From contig CBDCGL010000009.1 in assembly GCA_965216755.1 (NCBI GenBank), forward strand, positions 1-26,243: a stretch of 26,243 bases of DNA, read 5' to 3'. Below the pieces are notes generated by a model. It was not told the DNA's origin, searched no databases, and worked only from the letters and a program-made list of their open reading frames with translations. The translations under genes and the position numbers were made by a program. Positions 18,186 to 26,243 of the stretch are shown here, piece after piece; the first letter of the stretch is position 1, and the number at the start of each line of letters is the position of its first letter. Origin of the DNA: Alphaproteobacteria bacterium. Its GTDB lineage: Bacteria > Pseudomonadota > Alphaproteobacteria > UBA7887.

Positions 18186-18250
18186 GTGACGGCCAATATC
18201 CGGCGCTTCTCTAGATCGAAGGTTTGCAACGAGTGTCGTAAGGAGTCGTA

Positions 18251-18475
18251 GTGCGTGGAGTTGCTTGTTTTACGCGGGTCGCTGGCACCGTAATGCTGAC
18301 CAGTAGAGTGGCGAATGCGCGGGATTTCTGTGAGGTCCAGGGCGGGCCCAAGAAAATCGATTTTGATGTGGATCCCGTCCTGGTTGTTAACAGTGATGCC
18401 ATCATGGACATGACCTTTGGGGACGTCGGTCTATCCGGTGGCGATCCCAGAGAACAGCCGTTTCCCCTAGTCACA
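18251..18475 (+). pseudogene. 5' fragment of a secreted protein, paralog of the 19830 gene, truncated at an IS end
   Basis: AAGGAG SD. MRGVAC..DFCEVQG..IDFDVDPVLVVNSDAIMDMTFGDVGL aligns with MRDVKC..QFCEADG..ISFSVKPSLVAHSNEIMDTTFDDAGL. Confidence 0.75.
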
Positions 18476-18525
18476 TGGTCTTCACCCCATTTTTGGTGCG
18501 CGCGCCATGCGACCTTTCGGGTCGG
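18476..18525 (-). mobile_element. Isolated 50-bp IS right end, an inverted copy of 19383-19432
   Basis: 45/50 identity to the reverse complement of 19383-19432. Confidence 0.85.
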
Positions 18526-19432
18526 TGGTATTGCCCCCTGAAATTGGTCCCTGCTGACTGCGCAATTTGGTTTACATTTTTTGAGAAGAGAGGAATGCAC
18601 CGCTTCCGAAGAAACGTTTTTTGAAACGAACAGATTGGCCTTTGCCTTGAGGGCCGGCGGAAGCTGGCACCACGGTCGGTGAGATCTGTCGCAAGATGGT
18701 TGTCGCGCAGGCGACCTTTTACCGTTGGAAGAAGGTTTATGCCGGCATGAGTGCGGCGGAAATCCGGCGTCTGAAACAGCTTGAATATGAGAAACAGCAA
18801 GCTGGAAGCGTCTGGTTGCCGACCTGACACTTGACAAGACCATGTTGCAGGATGCGCATGAAGGAATTGGACGAGAGCCGAGTGTGCTACGGATATCGCC
18901 GCCTGCACGTGTTGCTTCAGCGGGAAGGTTGGCATGTGAACCACGAACGCCTGTACCATTTGTATTGTGAAGAAGGCTTCTCGGCTCGCACGCGCAGCCC
19001 GAAGTGGCGCAGGGCCTGCGAAGAATGACTTTCGTGCCTATCAGGTGATCGAAGAACTTGATCGGTTGACGCGGATCAGGAGCAAGCCCTGTAGCATACG
19101 TGTTGACAACGGACCGGAATTTCGCCGGGCGACTTCTGGATCAATGGGCCTACTTGAACAAGGTCGAACCGCACTTCTCTAGGCCGGTAAAACCAACCGA
19201 CAATGACCATGTCGAAGCCATCAACATCCGCCTGCGGCAGGAGTGCCTCAATGTCTCCTGGTTCCTGTCCATGTCCGCCGCCCGCAGCCGGATCAGCGAT
19301 TGGACAAACGACTACAATGAAAACCGGCCGTATTCGTCGCATGGGAACTTGGCCCCAATCGACTTTGCTGACAAACTCAAACCCGACCCGAAATGTCGCA
19401 TGGCGCACGGACCAAAGATGCGGTGAAGACCA
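18526..19432 (+). mobile_element. Degenerate IS3-family (IS407-group-like) element
   Basis: Ends TGGTATTGCCCC and GGTGAAGACCA. OrfA pieces (EAGTTVGEICRKM..ATFYRWKK..EIRRLKQLE..LVADLTLDKTMLQD) and OrfB pieces (YGYRRLHVLLQREGW, IRVDNGPEF, KPTDN..E..N.RLRQECLN, DYNENRP.SS.GNLAP), with frameshifts and internal deletions. Confidence 0.92.
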
Positions 19433-19745
19433 GTCCGCCGTTTCCTAATGATAGGACGTGGACCCTATACCGTGGGAAGGTCAACGGATGCAGGGCTCGT
19501 TAGCCAACTTGAGGCATTCGCTCGAGAGCCCTATTCGGCCAAAAGCCTAGTCTAGCGATCGAGATAACTCATTCAGGTGACCGAAAGAGCGGTGTTGGTC
19601 GTAAGACAAACTCCGATGTGCTTTCTTTCTCGTAGTCACTCCGAGTCATGAGTTCAGGATGGCTCAGTCGACCCGTTCGAACGAGACTGGAACTCACGTT
19701 ACGAGTGGTTTGCCATAAGGATCTGTGCAACTTTGAAAACTTAAA

Positions 19746-19767
19746 CAACTACCCGATCGGGTAGTTG
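19746..19767. promoter_or_regulatory. lux-box-like palindrome, copy 2
   Basis: Perfect 22-bp CAACTACCCGATCGGGTAGTTG overlapping TTGACG (19765-19770), about 60 bp upstream of ATG 19830. Confidence 0.85.
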
Positions 19768-19829
19768 ACGCATGCATAGTCTCTTTCTTGAGTCAGATCA
19801 CCATAATGGTTTCCGTAAGGAGTATCGCA

Positions 19830-21519
19830 ATGCGTGATGTGAAATGCGTGGTGCTTGCTGCTGCGAGCCTTGCGCTGTCGGGCGGTGCTACAAGCGCTCA
19901 GTTCTGTGAAGCTGACGGCACAATAAGTTTCTCCGTCAAACCCAGTCTTGTCGCCCACAGCAACGAGATCATGGACACTACTTTTGATGACGCGGGCTTG
20001 GTGGTGGTGCGTCAGCAGAACGGATCTTTTCGTTCAAACACACAATTGGCAAGATCCTAGAAAGCGCTGGCGGACCGAATACGACGGCCGGGCGCGAGGC
20101 GTTTGTTCAGTCCATGTTGGATACGATGGCCGCCCAGGATGATAGGCTGAACACTGACGCCGGCGTGCTTGTGCCCTTTGACCGGCGCAATTCGGAAGAT
20201 ATGGAGCTTGATGCCGCAGGATTATTGGATGAAACAGGGCCGATTGGGATGATTCCTTTGGCCCTGTTCAACCGTTTGATCTTGCGCCCGCGAATTGGAG
20301 TCATTGCGGTGAACACCGTATCGTGTATGGCCGGGATAACCCACCAGCTCTTGATCGTTTTTTGCTCATATTTGAGGCGGTCGTCCCGAATCCGAATCCT
20401 GGAGCTGGTGAAGCGGATGTCGGCCCGTGGCGGAGTTTTGGGCGGGTTTGAGCTCGACCAGCGACAATTTGGAAAGGGCAAAGCGTCTGCATGCGTTTTT
20501 CTATCAAGGAAAGACGGATCCGAGTTTGATGGCAGCTGACCTACGCGGCCCAGTAGTCGACTTTCGGAACTACGGGGGCGATGGCAATCGCGGTCAGGTG
20601 CGCGGCAATATGTTCATGGATTTTCCGTGGCAGCTGCGAGAGTGGCTCACACAGCTGACATTTGAACCGGACAGGCAGTTTGGAATTTGTCGTTGATACA
20701 GTCAAGGACAATCCGATCGCGCAGCTTTATCGTGACGACCTTGCCGGACAGGCGATTGCGATGAAGAACGTAGGCAACAGCGTGAGTGTACTGCACGGAG
20801 ATTTCACGCGCGCGTTGTCGGCAAATATCCGTGGGAACCTGATGGCGGAAGAGAGTACCAAATTCCGCACTTTGGTTGACAATCTTCAAAACTTTGATTT
20901 CGGAACCAATGCACCTGTTGATGAAGACATTGTCCTGCTGAACACTATTGCGCTCAAGAACGCGAACCGGTTTAAACGAACATCAGAGCACAGGCAGACC
21001 GGCTCAGACCCCGGAACAAGACGACGATATCACGAATCAATCGCCAGCTGGGTCATTGCTTCGCGATATGCTTGAGCAGGCGACCCCTCATTCCGCAGAG
21101 ATATTCCTGAATAGAGCACAAGCGGGCAGCTGTGCCGGAGGTCACCAATTGGCAGTGGGCGACGTCATTCCGTAGCACAACATCCACGGTGCAAGAGCTG
21201 ACATGGCCAGGCGTCAGCCGGTTTGTTCATGTCAAAGAGGATCGACTTTGTCGCCGGCATTGGAAACCGCGTTTTTACCGTTTCGCCGGTATGTGATGGC
21301 GCAACCATCTTTGCCTTGAACCTACAGCGGCAGCAGATGCAGCAGCGACAGCTGCTGTACAGAATCGAGCAAGATGACATGCGTTTTATAGATGCCATCA
21401 TTGCGGACTACATGAATGTCGCCACGGAAGTCTCGGATGCGGCCGCAGGGTCGAGCGCCATCGAACTCGGAACTCAGAACGTTGAAGGAGAAGTGCGGCC
21501 CCGGCGCGTAGTACACTAA
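19830..21519 (+). pseudogene. Frameshifted gene for a secreted protein of about 550 aa of unknown function, with a CxxCH-like remnant
   Basis: AAGGAG SD and signal peptide. Stitching frames gives PLALFNR.DLAPANWSHCGEHRIVYG..RFLLIFEAVVPNPNP..CRPVAEFWAGLS..GQVRGNMFMDFPWQLREW..NRAQAGSCAGGHQ..WPGVSRFVHV..RRVVH*. May be intact if the indels are sequencing errors. Confidence 0.72.
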
Positions 21520-21761
21520 GGACGCTTGTCAGTCAGGCGATCGCGCAGGCACGAGCTGCCGAGGCCACGATGAGGACGGTGCCTTTGTTGAGACCAGACG
21601 TCCTCACTAAAGAACAGCCTTTGGGTGTTGGGTCGGAACACAGATAACCAACCAGATGCTCCCAGCCCAACTGGAAATACCGCGAACCACTGGCCGCACT
21701 TTAGAAGAACGGGATGCCCTCGGGCATCCCTTCTGCACTACGGCAGTACAAAGTCATTCTT

Positions 21762-21912
21762 CGGTTTGTTAACTGCTTCATCGACCGGTGGCTTAGCGAA
21801 ACGGGTTATCCACGATGTGTAGACAGTGATTGGGTAACGAATATTTGGTGGTACACTCGACTACGAAGACGTGATCGATCATGACGAGCTCCCTTGCGAT
21901 CCAGTTCTTGGC
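21762..21912 (+). pseudogene. IS1380-family transposase remnant
   Basis: RFVNCFIDR..VIHDV*TVIG*RIFGGTLDYEDVIDHDELPCDPVL matches the IS1380 N-terminal motif QRIFGLALGYEDLNDHDELRxDP. Confidence 0.65.
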
Positions 21913-22059
21913 CATGGGTTTGGAGGGACCCTGATGTGCAAGGAAAATGATTCCTCACGCGAATTGGTCGAAGTCAACCATGTGTAGGGCCTCTGGAATG
22001 TGACGCTTGGCTCACAGGCCTCGATCAAGTCCGTGGATCGGCTCCCTATCACTTCAGCG

Positions 22060-22647
22060 CTCGTCGGGTGCAATGGCCACTAGTGGGCCCGATCCCGGGG
22101 ATTGTCGCCAGTCTTTGGCTCGTCGGGCTCTGGCGATGCCAATCTACTATCTGAGCTTCAAGTGCATCGATCTGGGCTTTTGTCTGCTCGGCCTGAGTGA
22201 TCACGCGCCAATGGCATCGCAGGACAATGTCGGAAGCTGAATTCTTTTGTCGTGAGAGATCCCGCGCAATTGAGAGAAGTCATCTTCGTTCCTGTGCCGC
22301 TACGTAGTCGAACCCGCGAGGTGCCCGCGTAACGCGTTCGTCAGCATAGTCAGTTGCCGTACTAAAGGTGCTTGTGCCTTGTGTAACATCATTAGGCTTG
22401 CTGATAGTCCGATTTCACGGCAACGAAGCGCAAAGTCGGACGCGTTAGCGCTTCACGGACCGCTTCCGGATCGGCGGCATTCGTCTTGCTTCCAGTCACA
22501 TACGGCTTCACGTAGGCCGGTGGCATCAATGGTACTTCTTGGCCAAGCACAGTTAACTCGCGCGCCCCGCAATACGACGACGCGCAGGCTTCCATGCCAA
22601 CTAGGCCAGGCGGAAGACTGTTGAAACACTTGGTGACGTCAGTGCGG
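22060..22647 (-). pseudogene. IS110-family transposase remnant
   Basis: LPPGLVGMEAC..LMPPAYVKPYV..KTNAADPEAV.EALTRPTLRFVAVKS..QQA, then in other frames LVRQLTMLTNALRGHLA and RLATIPGIGP; boundaries approximate. Confidence 0.85.
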
Positions 22648-23075
22648 GCGCAAGCGGCGGCGGATAGCAACGCGCCCCGCCGAATCGACCCCTTGATCCG
22701 CAACATGGATGGCGACTTTGATAGCCGGGAGCTTGCGCGGTACGATTTCCCGAGCGTCGCCCTGGAAAGTGACCGTACCCTAGCGCCTTCAAGATGTGAA
22801 TGACACCATGGTGAACCCCATGTCCGGTGTCACCTAGAAGGATTCAACGATCGGTCTCTGACTGGACATAGAAGGCTTCATGTCCGTCAATGTGCTCAAC
22901 AGAACATAGGTCATCGTTAGCAAGATGCGCCCGGCCCGCGAATTCCGGGAAATAGAAAGAGGCATGCACCAAACCTCTGGGTCCGACTCCATGCCTGAGG
23001 GACTGGAAAAATGTGTTTGCGGCGACCCGCGGCGCGACCGCGTCAGCAAAGTCGGAAATTGCTTGGGGTCCAGAA

Positions 23076-23099
23076 TCAACTACCCGATCGGGTAGTTGA
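23076..23099. promoter_or_regulatory. lux-box-like palindrome, copy 3
   Basis: Perfect 24-bp TCAACTACCCGATCGGGTAGTTGA overlapping a consensus TTGACA (23096-23101), about 60 bp upstream of ATG 23163. Confidence 0.85.
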
Positions 23100-23162
23100 C
23101 ATTGAAGACAGGTGTATTGTGATTGAATTCTAACTATTTCACTTCTATTGGAGCATTTCGGA

Positions 23163-24162
23163 ATGCCGCTTCGGAGTTTTTTCCTGTATCCGCTTATTGG
23201 TCCTCGTGTCGGCTTGCTCTTCCGTTTCAACTGGGCCGCTAAGCGAGGTTTCCGCCGATGGCGACAGTGGTCGGGGCCACCGAGGCGTCCTTGGCGTACT
23301 CGATTCCCAAGACCATGGTTGCTGTCTATTTCAGCAACGTCGCTGGCGCCCCGCCGACATTCCAGACCTACTTGGTCCCGGACCCGGCGCACAACTACAC
23401 GCTGAACTACGAACCCTCTCCGACATCCGACGATACCTGGGAGATTAAGGTCAACTCGGACACCGGGTTCCTGGAATCGATCAACGTGGTCGCGGATGAT
23501 CAGACCGACGAGATCCTCAAGGGCGCCGCGAAAAGCGCCGGGGCGCTGTCGCCGTTCCTAAGTACTGACGAGAAAGCTCCACCCGACTTTGTATTCGATC
23601 CCAGTGAACCCAAGAGTGTTTCAGAGGCGCAGGCGGAAATCCGGCAGCGAGCGGGTTGGGTTCTGAGTTGCACGGGCTGCGGCCCCTCGATGGCGCAGGT
23701 GCCTTCGCCTGTCGACAAAGTGCTCTATCGCTTCCCGATGCCAATGCGGCTGACGCTGTCGCAAGCCGGTAGACCCGATCGCATCACAGAACTGCGCAGC
23801 GTGAAACCGTTCGCCTATTCTCGCCATCCCGATGAACCGCGCCGTCGCGGTTAACCGTCAATGGGTTGTGAGCTTCACGGACGGGGTGCCAATCTCGGTA
23901 AAGCACGTGAAGCCGAGTGAGCTGAAGGCGGTGGCGACACTGCCGGCGGATCTGGTGGGAGCGTATCTCGACGGAGTGCTTCAGGCCTTCACTGATCAGG
24001 AAGGGGTCCTGGACAAGGAGAAAGGCGTCCTTGAGGCCCGTGCCGAAGTTCTGAAGGCGCAGGCTGCGCTGCTGAAGGCTCGCCGCGGACTTCGACGCTC
24101 AAGTCCAGGCGCTGCGTAACCCGGGCGGCGGCGGTGACCCCGACATCCCGGTGCCGGAGTAA
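23163..24162 (+). CDS. Putative lipoprotein of unknown function (frameshifted as sequenced)
   Basis: GGAG SD. Stitched frames give MPLRSFF..LVLVSAC (lipobox), YSIPKT..VPDPAHNYTLNY..SDDTWEIKVNSDTGFLESINVVADDQTDEI, NRAVAVNRQWVVSFTDG..KPSELKAVATLP, then a coiled-coil tail. Likely stop TAA 24160-24162. Confidence 0.65.
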
Positions 24163-24165
24163 GCC

Positions 24166-25274
24166 ATGTGTATCTTCGGCCAGATCAGGCATGCGCTTTT
24201 CATCCTGGCCGTCGCCCTTGCTGCGGTGCTTAGCAGTGCGGCCGCCCGCATTGGCGCCATGGCGCAGGAAGATCCCACCATCGGCTCTGCTCCCCGCGGC
24301 CTCGCAACGGCCATCGAGCGCCGCAACCGCCTGATCGCCGGTGCCGCGGGCCCCGGCGCCCGCATTCAACCGCAAATTGCAAGTGGAGCCGATGTGCCCG
24401 GCCTTCTTTTGCGCGATCGACGTTACCGCAGCTGGCTGGCGCAGAAGCGGCCGCTGACGACAGTGCGCATCGCACCCGACCGCGGAGGAAGAGGCACCCG
24501 CTTCCAGGTGGCGCAGCATCGGCGGAAACCGCCACGCCGCCGGGCGCCTATTCGGAGGTGCTCGTTCACATCAAGCACGGCAGCCAGGTCGTATGCTCGG
24601 GTGTCGCCATACGGCGTCACGTGGTTCTGACGGCTGCGCATTGTGTCTGCAAGATTAAGGCGTTCGGTGCCAACTCTGTCGCATGGGGAACCCGGGCGAG
24701 TGTCGGCTTGCCGACCGACATGTCCATCAGCAGCGTGAAGACATCGCTGAATTCGCAGGTGAATTGTGGGAGGCCCGCGACCTTCGTCGGGCGTGACTGG
24801 GGGCTCTTAGCCTTCCCAGAACCCCTGCCCGCCGCGGTCCGGGCGCGCCCGGTTCGTTCCGGACGGAGTCTTCAACGCGATCCGCCCGGGACTGGAGATT
24901 CGGGTCGTGGGCTACGGCCAGACACATGCGGCCGGGGCTGGGGGGAAGAACACCATCGTCGCGCCCGTACTATCGCTGGATTGCAGTTCGCAGGCCGACG
25001 CGGCTATGGCTGCGACCAGGGCACAGAGTTCGTCTCGGCGCTGCGTCCAGAGCCGGGCTTCAACGTCGGTTTCGCACCGTGCCGGGGCGATAGTGGTGGA
25101 GCCGCCTTCCTTGCGAGCCCGACATCGCCGCGCTATCTGCTAGGCTTGGTCTCCCGCTCGGTTCGGTGGGATCTGCGCTGCGGCGACGGTGGGATCTACA
25201 CCCTCATCCACCCATCTCGGGCAGAGCTGATCGGCAACACCGCCTATCGACTCGAAAGGCTGGTGCGGTCATGA
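24166..25274 (+). CDS. Secreted trypsin-like (S1) serine protease (frameshifted as sequenced)
   Basis: Signal peptide; CSGVAI..VLTAAHC (His), RDWGLL (Asp), PCRGDSGG (Ser), YLLGLVS..CGDGGIYT. Confidence 0.85.
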
Positions 25275-26243
25275 GACGGTCTCAGAATTCGTGCATCCGC
25301 ACCGCTCTCGGCCTGCTGATTGTGGCGATGTCGTCGTCCCAAGTCTCGGCGCAACAGGAGCGTCAGATCGGCGTACGGGAGGCTTTGTCGTTACCCCAGA
25401 AACACGAGGAACTCCTTACGCCTCAGGTTCGCAACATCCTGAGGGATCTCCCGAATTGGTTCGCCGGCGAGGTCGATACCCAGTCGCTCTCCCCGAGTGA
25501 TCAAGTCCTCCTTGCCTGGACACTCAACGAGACGCGGGGCAGTGCCCGGGAGCTGAACGGGCTTTTCAAACTGAAGTCGCGAATACGCCAGGTCGAGGCC
25601 GAAGTGCCGGCGGAGGCGCTGGACACGGCCAACCTGCTCGATCTCGCGGCGAACGCACCGTCGGAAATGGTCGCGCTCTTGCCAGCCCTGAACGAAGGCA
25701 TGGACGACGCGATTTATTTCGCACGGAGCGAGGGGCTGGGGGTCGAGAACGTCACCTTCCTGGATAGCGAGAGCTACCATGCGCTGACGACGGACGCGTC
25801 CATCCGCACCTATCTGCGTGAGATTGGATTGGAAGAGGACGACGCCTCGCGGGTCAAAGTGCTACCGATCTCCGTGGGCGGTCAGCCCCTGCGCTGGATC
25901 GACACAAAGGGCGACGGCCAGGCCGGAGTCAAAGCCGTGGGGCCTGATACGTTCGTCCCGGGCCCACCAGTATCGGACTTCATAGACACACCTGACACCA
26001 TCCCCATCGGTGGCCTCACGGACGGGGCGGCAACCGTGGGCGGCGATCGGGTCGCAGACGGCAACTGCGGTCCGGGCCCCGGCAAGCACCCCTGCTTTGC
26101 CCCCGCCGTGTCCCTGCATGTCAAAGGGGACGTCAAGTGCTCGGGCGTTCTCGTCTCGCCCGACTGGATTCTGACGGCGGGGCATTGCGTCTGCCCGCGC
26201 CCGCCCGAACTTTCGGCAGGTATCGGCCACGTGACGCCGGATG
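25271..26243 (+). CDS. Second secreted trypsin-like serine protease with a long N-terminal region (partial, runs off the window)
   Basis: Absent from the ORF track because it has no stop. ATGA overlap with the previous gene; open frame MRRSQNSCIRTALGLLIVAMSSSQVSA-QQ ... TVGGDRV..KCSGVLVSPDWILTAGHCVC. Confidence 0.85.
   Translation, partial: MRRSQNSCIRTALGLLIVAMSSSQVSAQQERQIGVREALSLPQKHEELLTPQVRNILRDLPNWFAGEVDTQSLSPSDQVLLAWTLNETRGSARELNGLFKLKSRIRQVEAEVPAEALDTANLLDLAANAPSEMVALLPALNEGMDDAIYFARSEGLGVENVTFLDSESYHALTTDASIRTYLREIGLEEDDASRVKVLPISVGGQPLRWIDTKGDGQAGVKAVGPDTFVPGPPVSDFIDTPDTIPIGGLTDGAATVGGDRVADGNCGPGPGKHPCFAPAVSLHVKGDVKCSGVLVSPDWILTAGHCVCPRPPELSAGIGHVTPD

Noticed and set aside
21711-21730. 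Perfect inverted repeat GGGATGCCC-tc-GGGCATCCC
   Set aside because: The repeat is real but single, lies in IS debris and has only a weak U-tract; no function can be supported.
18170-23099. Palindrome copies as a CRISPR array, REP elements or integron attC sites
   Set aside because: Spacing is kilobases and irregular, no cas genes are present, there are no attC-type R/L boxes, and all copies sit at promoter positions.
22844-23392. 182-aa and 81-aa minus-strand ORFs
   Set aside because: They overlap the palindrome promoter and the lipoprotein gene, and have no recognisable motifs.

Overview
Accessory, IS-scarred island, probably from an alphaproteobacterium (inferred from gene and IS types), dominated by secretion and antagonism genes. 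From left to right: a PrtD/PrtE-type type I secretion pair with no cargo or TolC in the window; a three-gene operon of unknown function behind 11-bp phased repeats; an IS3 remnant; a RelE/HigB-XRE toxin-antitoxin pair followed by a res-like site and a short tyrosine recombinase. Next is a minus-strand run of four large genes: two Sec-exported beta-rich proteins, a 330-bp internally deleted IS, a 1035-aa protein with a very long amphipathic beta-hairpin, and a 793-aa Het-C-family (Zn-phospholipase-C-like) protein. The right third carries three copies of a perfect lux-box-like palindrome (CTACCCGATCGGGTAG), each abutting a -35-like hexamer in front of a secreted-protein gene: two paralogous unknown exported proteins and a lipoprotein plus two trypsin-like proteases. 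IS3, IS1380 and IS110 debris lies between them. The best candidates for new biology are (1) the 1035-aa plus Het-C pair as a possible binary translocon/cargo toxin and (2) the palindrome-defined, possibly quorum-controlled secretome regulon. Family calls come from motif recognition by eye, with no database searches. Many single-base frameshifts beyond 18.5 kb may be sequencing errors.
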